From Vampirovibrionaceae bacterium NZW_1234 (GTDB lineage: Bacteria; Cyanobacteriota; Vampirovibrionia; Vampirovibrionales; JAGQHJ01), in the NCBI GenBank assembly GCA_041697335.1, contig JBGUGD010000030.1, positions 64,001 through 128,000 of the forward strand: a stretch of DNA of 64,000 bases. Reading direction: 5' to 3'. The translations under genes were made by a program, and so were the position numbers. The notes below the pieces were generated by a model. That model was not told the DNA's origin. It searched no databases and saw only the letters and a list, made by a program, of their open reading frames with translations. This document shows positions 11,117 to 21,500 of this stretch, in pieces (positions within the stretch are counted from its first letter, which is position 1; every line of letters begins with the position of its first letter).

Positions 11117-12469
11117 ATGGTTCGAACCCAAGAAGCCAAGACGCCGTTTGAACAAGCTGTTCAGGAACAATGGCGTACACAGAGTTCCGTATTACAGCCT
11201 GCATGGGTGGCATCGCGTCGTATTGGTGGCTGGACTCGCCTTGAGGCTTTGGGCTTGCCGAGTCGAGCCCTTGAGGCTTGGCGCTATGTAAACCTTGAGC
11301 CTGTATCTCGCCATGGGTTCGTGCCCTTGCCGGAGCCTGCGTCACTTGACGTACTCGACCCAGTGATTTCGGCATTAACTTTACCCGAGGCAGCGGCGAA
11401 ACTTGTTTTTGTGAATGGGATCTTTCAGCCAACATTGTCGGATACTACACGTTTACCTGAAGGTGTTTTGGCAGGCTCCCTTTTTGATGTGGCTGCGCAG
11501 CTGCCACAGCCCATTGAGTCCTACTTTGCGGCAGACATCGAGGCTGAAGCAGATGCCTTTGTTGCGTTAAATACAGCGCTCTTCTCAGAAGGCTACGCCG
11601 TGTATGTTCCTCAGGGCGTGAAATTGGATACGCCACTTGAGGTACTCTTCTTAACCGATGCCCAGGGGACGTCCCCTCAAGGGGCTCATGTACGGGGAGT
11701 GGTCATTGCCGAGCCCCACAGCCAGGTAACAATAATGGCTCGTTTTGCTTCGGCAGGTGCTGCATCGGCGACACCGACCCTGACTACGGCCGTGACGGAG
11801 CTGGTGGCTCAGCCGGGGGCCCTCTTAAACTATGTCCATGTCCAGACGGAAGCCGATACGGCAGCCCATATGGCGGCAACCAAGACCTGGGTTCATGGGG
11901 ATGCTCGTCTTCATGTCTCTACGTTGGCATTTGGCAGCCGTTTTTCTCGACATTATGTACATTCGGCAATGGTTTCAGAAGAAGCCTGCTGTGAACTCAA
12001 TGGTTTGGCCATCCTTCAGGGTGAGACCCATGTGTTTGATCATACGGTCATCGATCACCAAAAACCCCACGGCGGCAGTCAACAGTTGTACAAGGGCATC
12101 TTGGCGCAACGTAGCCGGGCCGATTTTGATGGCACCATTGTTATTGCGCCTCATGCCCAGAAGTCCGATGCCAGCCAATTGCATCAAACCCTGCTTCTTT
12201 CCGATGAGGCCCGGGTATTGACTCGACCGCAACTTCGGATTGATGCCGACGATGTGAAGTGTGCCCATGGGGCTTCGGTTGGACAATTATCGGAAGATCA
12301 GCTGTTTTATCTGACCAGCCGGGGGCTGCCTTTTTCGCAGGCCCAGGCCGTCTTAACCGCAGGTTTTGCCGATGAGATTGTCGAGGCCATTCCGTGTGAG
12401 GCCCTGAAAGCGCCGTTAATCGATCTGGTTCATTCCCGTCTTGAGGCGTTGTTGACGGCAAACGCCTAA
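11117..12469 (+). CDS. sufD: Fe-S cluster assembly protein SufD
   Basis: EAWRY, QLYKGIL, PQLRIDADDVKCAHGA; operon position; start uncertain (11108 or 11117). Confidence 0.93.
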   Translation: MVRTQEAKTPFEQAVQEQWRTQSSVLQPAWVASRRIGGWTRLEALGLPSRALEAWRYVNLEPVSRHGFVPLPEPASLDVLDPVISALTLPEAAAKLVFVNGIFQPTLSDTTRLPEGVLAGSLFDVAAQLPQPIESYFAADIEAEADAFVALNTALFSEGYAVYVPQGVKLDTPLEVLFLTDAQGTSPQGAHVRGVVIAEPHSQVTIMARFASAGAASATPTLTTAVTELVAQPGALLNYVHVQTEADTAAHMAATKTWVHGDARLHVSTLAFGSRFSRHYVHSAMVSEEACCELNGLAILQGETHVFDHTVIDHQKPHGGSQQLYKGILAQRSRADFDGTIVIAPHAQKSDASQLHQTLLLSDEARVLTRPQLRIDADDVKCAHGASVGQLSEDQLFYLTSRGLPFSQAQAVLTAGFADEIVEAIPCEALKAPLIDLVHSRLEALLTANA

Positions 12470-12508
12470 GCTCCGCAGACATCCCCACCCTTGACTATGG
12501 TGATTACA

Positions 12509-13768
12509 ATGACGAACATTCTAAACTTGATGGAAAAAGAGACTGTGCCTTCATTTGATGTTGATCGCATTCGGGCAGATTTCCCGGTGCTGAGCCAGCA
12601 CGCCAATGGCTATCCCTTGGCCTATCTGGACAATGCGGCCACCACCCAAAAACCTCGGGCTGTTATTGACCGTATGACGGCATTTTACAGTCAAGAATAC
12701 GCCACTGTGCGCCGTGGGGTTTATAACTTGAGTGCGAAGGCTACCCAAGCCTATGAGGCTGTTCGCCATCAGGTGGCCTCTTTCATTAATGCGCCCTCGG
12801 CGTCGGACATTATCTTTGTCCGGGGAACGACGGAAGCCATCAACTTGGTGGCTCATGCCTATGGGCGGGCTTTTTTGAAGACCGGTGATGAAATTATCAT
12901 TTCGCACCTTGAGCATCATGCCAATATTGTTCCATGGCAACAGGTCTGTGAGGCCACCGGGGCTGTTTTGAAGGTGATCCCCATTAATGATCAGGGTGAT
13001 TTGATTTTGGAGGCCTATGAGGCACTGCTCTCAGAGCGGACGAAACTGGTGTCAGTAAATTACATTTCCAACTCCCTCGGCACGGTAAACCCGGTTAAGA
13101 CCATTATTGACAAGGCTCATGCCGTAGGCGCCGTGGTGATGATTGATGGCGCCCAGAGTGCGCCGCATATGAAAGTTGATGTCCAGGCTCTGGATTGCGA
13201 TTTTTACGCTTTCTCCGGTCATAAGATCTATGGCCCCAGTGGCATTGGCGTGTTGTATGGTAAGCGCGACCTGTTGGACAAAATGCCGCCCTATCAGACC
13301 GGGGGCGATATGATCGAGTGGGTGACCTTTGAGAAAACGACCTTTGCCAAGGCCCCGCAAAAGTTTGAGGCTGGAACCCCGGCCATTGTGGAAGTCATGG
13401 GGCTGGGTGCTGCCATAACATACTTGGAAGGCATTGGCTTTGAGACGATTCAGGCAGTTGAGTCGGAGCTGTTAGACTATGCCACGGTGCAGTTGGCTCA
13501 TGTGGATGGGCTTAAAATTATTGGCACCGCTAAAGAGAAGGCCAGTGTCATTTCCTTTGTCTTGGACGACATCCATCCGCACGATGTGGGAACGCTTCTG
13601 GATCAGCGAGGCATTGCGGTTCGGGCTGGCCATCACTGCACCCAGCCTGTTATGGCTCGGTTTAACGTTCCGGCCACGACACGGGCCTCTGTTTCGTTTT
13701 ATAATACTCGCGCTGAAATCGATCGCCTGATTGACGGCCTGAATTATGTGATCAAGGTGTTTCGCTAA
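12509..13768 (+). CDS. sufS: Cysteine desulfurase SufS
   Basis: YLDNAATTQKP, EHHAN, SGHK (PLP Lys), RAGHHC; start uncertain. Confidence 0.96.
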   Translation: MTNILNLMEKETVPSFDVDRIRADFPVLSQHANGYPLAYLDNAATTQKPRAVIDRMTAFYSQEYATVRRGVYNLSAKATQAYEAVRHQVASFINAPSASDIIFVRGTTEAINLVAHAYGRAFLKTGDEIIISHLEHHANIVPWQQVCEATGAVLKVIPINDQGDLILEAYEALLSERTKLVSVNYISNSLGTVNPVKTIIDKAHAVGAVVMIDGAQSAPHMKVDVQALDCDFYAFSGHKIYGPSGIGVLYGKRDLLDKMPPYQTGGDMIEWVTFEKTTFAKAPQKFEAGTPAIVEVMGLGAAITYLEGIGFETIQAVESELLDYATVQLAHVDGLKIIGTAKEKASVISFVLDDIHPHDVGTLLDQRGIAVRAGHHCTQPVMARFNVPATTRASVSFYNTRAEIDRLIDGLNYVIKVFR

Positions 13769-13770
13769 CG

Positions 13771-14226
13771 ATGTCTGAGTATAACGAACTCTATCAACAG
13801 GTTATTTTGGAGCACAACAAAAAGCCCCGTAATTTTGCGGTCCTCGAGTCGGCGAATCACTATGCACTGGGGAAAAACCCTCTGTGTGGCGATCAGTTTG
13901 CCGTTTATGTGGATGTGGATGATCAGGGTGTGATTCAGGATATCAGCTTTCAGGGGACAGGGTGTGCCATTTCCAAGGCCAGTGCTTCCCTGATGACGGT
14001 AAACATTAAAGGTAAAACCCAGGACGAAGCCCGGCAGATGAAAGACGAGTTTCAACAAATGCTCACCGGGGCTCTGGATCCCAAAACCCATGAGCATCAT
14101 CTGGGGCGTTTAAGCATTTTCCAGGGGGTCCAAGAGTATCCGGTCCGGGTCAAATGTGCCACCTTGGCATGGCACACGCTGGATGCCGCCTTGAGTGGTG
14201 ACGCTCAGGAAGTGACCACGGAATAA
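13771..14226 (+). CDS. sufU: SUF system scaffold/sulfur-transfer protein SufU
   Basis: NPLCGD, GCAISKAS, RVKCATL. Confidence 0.93.
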   Translation: MSEYNELYQQVILEHNKKPRNFAVLESANHYALGKNPLCGDQFAVYVDVDDQGVIQDISFQGTGCAISKASASLMTVNIKGKTQDEARQMKDEFQQMLTGALDPKTHEHHLGRLSIFQGVQEYPVRVKCATLAWHTLDAALSGDAQEVTTE

Positions 14227-14253
14227 CCTCGGTTTTTCAGCTGAATCTTATAC

Positions 14254-15351
14254 TTAGGGGCTGTGGATGATTTCCAACACCCATTGAGTCACCTGTTCCA
14301 GTTCATCCACATAAATAAACTCACCCAAACTGTGGGAAAAGTGGAAACCCATGCCCAAGACCACGCTGGGAATGTTTTTGTGATTTAAAATATGGGCGTC
14401 AGACCCAATATTCATGGGTAAAATGCTTGGTTCAATCCCCAACTTTCGGCAGGCAGAGGCGGCTCTCAGGACAGCAGGATGGTCCTTGGGCACCACGAAG
14501 CCATCGTACTTGTGGATGGGGTTAAAGCGGATGGCCCCACGTGGAAATTGTTCCTGAATTTCCTGGCAAACCTCGTGAACCTGCTTCATCAGCCGATCCA
14601 GGGCCTCATTGTCATGGCTTCGGGCTTCGCCGCGAATTACGGTGCTGGGAGCCACGATGTTCATGGCGTCGCCCCCTTGGATGACCCCAAGGTTCATGGT
14701 GGTTTCCGGGCTCAAACGTCCTGAAGGAAGACTGCCACAAAGGTGGACCGCCATCTCAATGGCGCTGACTCCGGCCTCTGGCGCAATACCCGCATGCGAG
14801 CGGAGACCTTCGAGTTCAAAAATCAAGCTCTTTTGCGTGGGGCCGGCATGAAAAATGTCGCCGATGTTTCCTTCCCCATCCAGCACAAATCCCATGGCAG
14901 CTTGACTGGCGGTGATGTCAAAAGCTTTTAAACCGAGTAAGCCCACTTCTTCCTGGGTGGAAAACAAAAACTCCACAGGATGGCGGTCGTCTTGGGGAGT
15001 TTCATGGAGCTTTTTGGCGACCGCCAGCATCACGGCAATTCCCGATTTGTCGTCGGCCCCCAAAATGGTTTTTCCGGCCGAGCGAATGATGGGGCGTCCA
15101 TCGGTAGAATCTTCAATGGCTTCTATGCCTTCACACGGAGGAACGCTATCCATATGGGCGCTCAATAAAAAGGTATCTTTGGCGCTGTCACCCGCAATGC
15201 GAACCAGGAGGTTGCCGGCATCATCAATGATTTGGTCTGAGAAGCCCAGTGCGTTCAGGTGATCGGCAATGTACTGGCGCACCTGATCTTCCTTGCCCGA
15301 TGGATTGGCAATGGGGACCAATTCCTTAAACCATGTCGTTGTTGCCGTCAT
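14254..15351 (-). CDS. M20 family metallopeptidase (peptidase T-like)
   Basis: AHMDSV, LGADDKSG, EEVG, HAG..PE.G, GSDA; start moved to ATG 15351. Confidence 0.9.
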   Translation of the reverse strand: MTATTTWFKELVPIANPSGKEDQVRQYIADHLNALGFSDQIIDDAGNLLVRIAGDSAKDTFLLSAHMDSVPPCEGIEAIEDSTDGRPIIRSAGKTILGADDKSGIAVMLAVAKKLHETPQDDRHPVEFLFSTQEEVGLLGLKAFDITASQAAMGFVLDGEGNIGDIFHAGPTQKSLIFELEGLRSHAGIAPEAGVSAIEMAVHLCGSLPSGRLSPETTMNLGVIQGGDAMNIVAPSTVIRGEARSHDNEALDRLMKQVHEVCQEIQEQFPRGAIRFNPIHKYDGFVVPKDHPAVLRAASACRKLGIEPSILPMNIGSDAHILNHKNIPSVVLGMGFHFSHSLGEFIYVDELEQVTQWVLEIIHSP

Positions 15352-15444
15352 GCGTCCTGAACTCCTCGCATACATGCCTTTGGGGGTGATGTCCATCCTA
15401 TCGTTTTTTCGGCGCCGGATCAAACCCCTTGTCAGCGGTTGGGG

Positions 15445-17967
15445 TTAAATGCTTTGGGGCAGTTTTTTCAGTTCGCCTTCGTAGATGTAATTTTTGAGTT
15501 CCGCATGGACTTGCTGAGGATCGACTTTATGGCGGCATTCCCCGGTTTCAATAGCCGCTTTGGCCACGGCAGAGGCAACAGCCGGGGGCACTCTGAAATC
15601 AAAGGCTCCTGGAATAATCTGGCCTTCTTCGATTTCCTTGGGAGTAATGAGACTGGCAATGGCAAAGGCTGCCGAAAGCTTCATGTCATCATTGATGTTG
15701 CGTGCCCGAACATCCAGAGCACCTCGGAAAATGCCCGGAAAAGCCAGAGAGTTATTGACCTGGTTGGGGAAGTCACTGCGACCGGTTGCCACGATCTTGG
15801 CACCTGCAGCAAAGGCTTCGTTGGGCATAATTTCCGGGACCGGGTTGGCCAGGGCGAAAATTACCGGATCCGGGGCCATGGATTTGACCATATCCTGATT
15901 GACAGTGCCGGGCACAGAAAGCCCGATAAAGATGTCAGCCCCCTTCATCACGTCTTCCAGATTGCCCTTGTTTTTCGAGAGGTTGGTGATTGCGGCAATT
16001 TGGTCTTTGTAGGGATTCATGCCACCTTTTCTGCCTTGGTAAATGGCCCCTTTAGAATCACAAATCGTAATGTCCTTGGCACCGGCTTTCATCAGGAGCT
16101 GAGAGACACTTAAAGCAGCAGCACCTGCCCCGTTAATGACGATACGAACCTCATCCATGCCTTTATCCACCGCCTTAATGGCGTTGACGATGCCTGCCAA
16201 AACCACGACAGCTGTTCCATGCTGGTCATCATGGAAGACGGGGATATCGACAGCTTGGTTTAGCTTCTGCTCGATTTCAAAGCAACGGGGGGCGGAGATG
16301 TCTTCCAGGTTGATGCCACCAAACACAGGGGCAATCTTGACAATGGTGTCTACGATTTCATCAACTTCCTGGGTGCGCAAGCAGATGGGGAAGGCCTCAA
16401 CCCCACCGAAGGTTTTAAAGAGTACGGCTTTACCTTCCATCACGGGCATGGCGCCACTGGGCCCCAGATTCCCGAGGCCTAAAACGGCACTGCCGTCTGT
16501 AACCACGGCCACAAGGTTGTTTTTAGCTGTCAGCTCATAGGCTTCGTCCGGGTTGTCTCGAATGAGTTCACAGGGCTGGCTGGCACCGGGCGAGGAATAG
16601 ATCAGGTTGTACAAATGGTGATCCCGAATGGGGAGCTTGGTTTTGACTTCGATAACACCATGATAGCGCTGGTGCAGGTCAAGAGACTCTTCTTCCAAGG
16701 ATGAAAATTCCCGAGTTTGCGGGGACTCGACCCAGGCATTGGTGCCTTCATAGACGTAGTCCATGACTTTGGCTTCAATGCTTTCGGGATCGACTTTGAC
16801 CTGGGCCACGTTAGTGTCAATAGCGGCTTGGGCCACCGCTTTGGCCAGCTTGGCAGAGACCCTGAAGTCCAAGGCTCGGGGAATGATAAATTCGGGCGAG
16901 AGTTCCTGCGGGCTCACCAAATCGGCCATGGCTTTGGCCGCACTGTAGAACATGTGGTGGTTAATGTCGGTGGCCCGAACATCCAAGGCTCCACGGAAAA
17001 TACCGGGGTAAATCAACGAGGAGTTCAGTTGGTTTGGAAAATCGCTTCGTCCGGTTGCAACAATTCGTGCACCGGCTTCTTTAGCGGCCTCGTAGGTGAT
17101 TTCAGGGGTTGGAATGGCCAGGGCAAAGACGATGGGATCTTTGGCCATGCTTTTAACCATGTCCGGGGTCAGGATATTGCCTGAAGAAAAGCCGATAAAG
17201 ACATCGGCCCCTTTAATCAGGTCGGCCAGGCTGCCTTTCTGGTCTTCCGGATTGGTCAGGCGTGCCAATTCGGATTTGACCCAATTCAGGCCTTCGAGGC
17301 GGCGATAATACAAGGCACCATCGCGATCGCAGACTTTAACATTGGCGACACCAACCTGCTTCAAAAATTTTGCGGTCGCCACGCCGCCGGCACCCGCACC
17401 GGCAATGACGATGGACAGGTCTTCAAGTTTCTTGTCTACCACTTTCAAGGCGTTGAGCAGGGCTGCAAAGACAGCCACGGCTGCCCCTTGTTGGTCGGAG
17501 TGAAAGATGGGGAGTGAAATGGCACGTTTTAAGCGCTCTTCTAGGGTAAAACACTTGGGCGATGACACGTCTTCGATATGAAAGCCCCCGAACGTTGGTG
17601 ACAGATAGCGGATGATCTCGACCATCTCGTCCACATCCGGGGTGTTAATGGCAATGGGGAAGGCATCAATCCCGGCAAAGGTCTTGTGAAACACACACTT
17701 GGCTTCAAGCATGGGGATAGCGGCATAGGGGCCTGCATTGCCAAGGCCGTAAACGCTCGACCCATCCGAAATAACGGCAACGGTGTTGCCCCGGATGGTG
17801 TAATCAAAGGATTTAAGATGGTCTCGTTCGATTTCGATACAGGGTCTGGCCACACCCGGAGTGTAGACCACGCTCAAGGTGGCTCGATCCCGAATAGGCA
17901 CCTTGGGCTGAATACCAATTAACCCCCGATACCGCCGCCGATAGGCTAAACCATCTTCAAAAACCAT
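15445..17967 (-). CDS. Tandem (two-domain) NAD(P)-dependent malic enzyme
   Basis: Two full small-type malic enzyme repeats, each with VAV.(S/T)DGS, G.GA nucleotide-binding motif, ATGRSDFPNQ and PGIFRGALDVRA, each ending Y.YEG; no phosphotransacetylase domain; start moved to ATG 17967. Confidence 0.93.
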   Translation of the reverse strand: MVFEDGLAYRRRYRGLIGIQPKVPIRDRATLSVVYTPGVARPCIEIERDHLKSFDYTIRGNTVAVISDGSSVYGLGNAGPYAAIPMLEAKCVFHKTFAGIDAFPIAINTPDVDEMVEIIRYLSPTFGGFHIEDVSSPKCFTLEERLKRAISLPIFHSDQQGAAVAVFAALLNALKVVDKKLEDLSIVIAGAGAGGVATAKFLKQVGVANVKVCDRDGALYYRRLEGLNWVKSELARLTNPEDQKGSLADLIKGADVFIGFSSGNILTPDMVKSMAKDPIVFALAIPTPEITYEAAKEAGARIVATGRSDFPNQLNSSLIYPGIFRGALDVRATDINHHMFYSAAKAMADLVSPQELSPEFIIPRALDFRVSAKLAKAVAQAAIDTNVAQVKVDPESIEAKVMDYVYEGTNAWVESPQTREFSSLEEESLDLHQRYHGVIEVKTKLPIRDHHLYNLIYSSPGASQPCELIRDNPDEAYELTAKNNLVAVVTDGSAVLGLGNLGPSGAMPVMEGKAVLFKTFGGVEAFPICLRTQEVDEIVDTIVKIAPVFGGINLEDISAPRCFEIEQKLNQAVDIPVFHDDQHGTAVVVLAGIVNAIKAVDKGMDEVRIVINGAGAAALSVSQLLMKAGAKDITICDSKGAIYQGRKGGMNPYKDQIAAITNLSKNKGNLEDVMKGADIFIGLSVPGTVNQDMVKSMAPDPVIFALANPVPEIMPNEAFAAGAKIVATGRSDFPNQVNNSLAFPGIFRGALDVRARNINDDMKLSAAFAIASLITPKEIEEGQIIPGAFDFRVPPAVASAVAKAAIETGECRHKVDPQQVHAELKNYIYEGELKKLPQSI

Positions 17968-18126
17968 AACCAAACCTCTTCCAAACAATATGGTTCGTGT
18001 GCGTCGCTTCTTGTAGTATACAGCGAACCGGTGGCCCCTACCAAATCCGAACTTGTCGTGGGTTATGGCTTGGTTTCAGGCCATATGAGACATGAAGTCA
18101 ATGGATTCGAGGGTAACTTGAATGTT

Positions 18127-18161
18127 TTTCACCGTGCGGACAATTTGTCCGTACGGTGAAA
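18127..18161. repeat. 35-bp near-perfect palindrome between divergent genes
   Basis: TTTCACCGTGCGGACAA-T-TTGTCCGTACGGTGAAA; 17-bp arms with one mismatch. Confidence 0.85.
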
Positions 18162-18545
18162 TCTTCCTGAAGTAGAGGAGTTTTAGTCTCGATTACGGCG
18201 GTTTTGAATGGGTAATACGAGGTCTTTAGCATTTTTTAGCCTTATCTTAGGGGGTATATTTAGTCATATTCCCATTATTCCTGGTATTTAAACTTAAGGT
18301 GTTCTAAAATCTTCTGTCTCGAGAGCTTTTGTGGGGACCGTTGAAAAATTACCATACTAGGGAGTCTTGTAGACGCCAGATCTCACTAGCACAAGGTGGA
18401 TTTCAGCGGGTTTTATGGGGATGAATCGATGCTTACGACTAGAAATGCTGCATGAATTTAAACAACTTAGGCAATTTTTCTTATCGTGATTTGTTGATTC
18501 TTCTTGAGATACAATCATTGGACATTGCATTTTGGGGAACGTGCT

Positions 18546-21500
18546 TTGAAGGGTATACCATTTACGATTCGAGGGGTGACACCGTCTGTAACAACCCCGC
18601 CATTGACACCCAAGCCGCAGCGGTTTGCTGGGTATCGTGTTGATGGCGAAGGAGCCCGATTTTTCAAGCCCATGCCCGGTCCTGATGAGGCTCCAGAATC
18701 CCGTGTTCACTTGGAGTATCGTCAGGGAAAAAGTAACGCCACCCAATCGGTTCCTATGCAATGGAACCCCAAGGTCAAGCAGTGGGAAACCCCTGAAAAC
18801 AAACGAATTTCTTTAAATGAAGCGATATACTATCGTTTTGTTCGACAGAAGCCCGGGCAGCCGGATGAAGCTGTATTGGATCATACAGAGGCCCAAAATG
18901 GCTTCAATGTCATTCCGGCTCAGTCGCCTGATCCCAGCAGTGTGGGACCGGCATTGCTGGTTTTTCGTCGCAGTCTGGTGACCCCGGAACAGCTTCAAGC
19001 CCATAATCAACACCGGGATGTTGAGGGCGATCATGTGGTGTCCAAACAGACGCATTTTAATCGATTGGGTGGTTCCGATGCCTCCAACGGCTTCTTACGG
19101 CAATTGTTTCACCAGTATGGTATTAAGATGGTCGAAGATCGGCCTTTAATTGGTGGCGATAACCTGAGCGCTCACGGCTATTGGACCAATTCGCTGTATC
19201 AGTTGAACTCCATTATTCGTCATCCATCCTCTTTTGATACCTTGGCCTTGGCCAATCTGGAAGATGGTGCCCGGATGTGTTTTGATGGCGCCTTTGTTAA
19301 CGAGGGAATGAACGGGGTTCACTACCTGGCGAATCTGTATTACGGTCAGGATTCCCCTTTTCTGAACTGGTTCGATTACGGCAAGCTGGATCAGTTTCCC
19401 CATCAGCCTCTGAAACTTGGCATTTTGCCGGTCAAGCGCGATCCCAAGACCGGTGAGGAGGTGGTCAATCATGCGGCCTGGAATTTACGCCTGATTCCTC
19501 CCAAGAACCGAGACAACCCGGAAAGCCCCTACTTCATTGAATTATACGATCCGCGCTTGGAAAACCCCGATGGGACCCTCCGGCCAGCCTCAGAAACCAA
19601 GCACCTGTTTTTAACCAACAGCCAGGATTCCATTCAGAAGTATCGCTTCCCGATTAAGCAGTCTCGGCCCCAAGACATTGAGCTCTTGCAGGAGGCCACA
19701 GAGATCAAGAATCCCAACGAGCGGGCCAAGACCCTGATGCGCCTGTTAAGCGAACATAATCGCTTTGAATTGACCACCCGCATGGAAGACAACAGTGGTT
19801 ATTGTTGGGATGGTCAGATTGATGTGAAAAAGGTCAATATTGAGAATCCTGAGGTTACCCAATACGTAGCCGATGCCTGTCGCTATTGGACGGACAAGGT
19901 CGATCGCTTGTATACCAGCCATGTGGGACGGGCCTTTAGCCGTATGGCGGGGACTGACAGCAAACCCAACTGGCTGCAGATTATTTCTGACAATACCAAG
20001 AAGGCCTTGGGCGAGGAACAGGGCGTTTTACCGGCCTTGAACCGTGGTGAGACCCTATCGGTCTCAGAGGCATCGATTCAACAGGCATTGAAAGCCTACC
20101 GGGTGAAAAAGCAAAAACAAACGCGTTCGGCTGGGGCCTTTATGGCAGACAAGATTCACACCCAACTTCCCTTAGGCACCTTGCCCGCCTCACCATGGAT
20201 GCAGATTCTCTTAAACACCCCTCGGCTCAAGCAACTGCTGAACGAGGGAGAGACTCCGCTATGGCTTGAGGTGGCAACCACGCTCTTGAAACCCGCTTTT
20301 AAACTTTTGGATTGGATGTTGCCTTCTCGCAAGCTGGGCCAACGGGCTTTGACTTGGCTCCACAATAAATTTGCCAGCCAGCGTTCTTTTAAGAATCAGT
20401 TGGCGGCCAAGCTGGATAAGTCTTTAACGCCTGCATTAAAGCAAAAACTGGCTGATCCGGTTTTGGGGCATTTGGTGTTTGAGGCTTTGGGACGAAGTAT
20501 TTTTCTTTCCTTACTGACGGGGCAGTTCAGTTCGCCTACCGCGCCGGATAAAGACTTGGCGCCGACTAAAATTGCTGCTCGTATGGCCCAGACCTTGCCT
20601 CCGGAACTGGCCAAGGCGGTGCCCAATCAAGCGGCTCGGCTGTTAAGCCGTTTTCTGGTTCGTGAACTTCAGGAGCTTGAGTTGACCCAGCTCAATGCGC
20701 CTCTCACCCAGCTTCTAAAAGAGATCACTCCGGAAGGGGCGGTTGTGGCCCGTCATGTTCTCCATGAGCGCCGTCTCGGCCTTCACTGGCGGATTGATGC
20801 CATGAAAGATCTGGGGGACATGGATGGCGTTCGGGCCGAGCCTTCAACGCAACTTCGTTATGAGCGCTTGCGGGACAAAGAGCTTCCCAAAGTGGTTAAT
20901 ATTATGTCCCAGGTGGCCCAGGGCATTCGTGAGGCTTTCCCCAATAGCATAATTAAAGCTGAAATCACGGACTTGGAAGCCTTGGCTGGGGATAAGGCCA
21001 CCGAATTGTTCAAGTATCTGATGGGTACCCGGGTCATTAACGGTATTCCCAACTATAACTGGATGTATTCCTCCGGTCACAAAGCCGTTCGGATGACGGC
21101 CAATCCCGATGGAGACTATCCGGAACAGTTAACGCCCGCAGATTTCCTTCAGCACAAGCTCAAAGCCATGTTGGAGGTGCTGCCGATGGACCAAGCCTTG
21201 CTGTTCCAGAATATGACCTCCAATCATGACAAATCCACGTCGGTTTTTGGGCTGACGGTGCATCCCTATGAGGCCCGCTTGAACTACCTGGGCTGGATTG
21301 GTATGAACTTTCAGGATAACGGCCAAGATCGGGGGCATTTCCCCTTGGCGGTCAATGAGCTTCAATCCATGCGTGCGCTTCAATGTCTACGGCAGTCGCT
21401 GCCAGATGGGGTCTATGATCGCTTGAAGTCGCTTGCTCGTGAAAAACAAGAGGCTATCCTGGCCACGGCAGCCCAAAAAGCCAAGGCCCGCGAGGATGAT

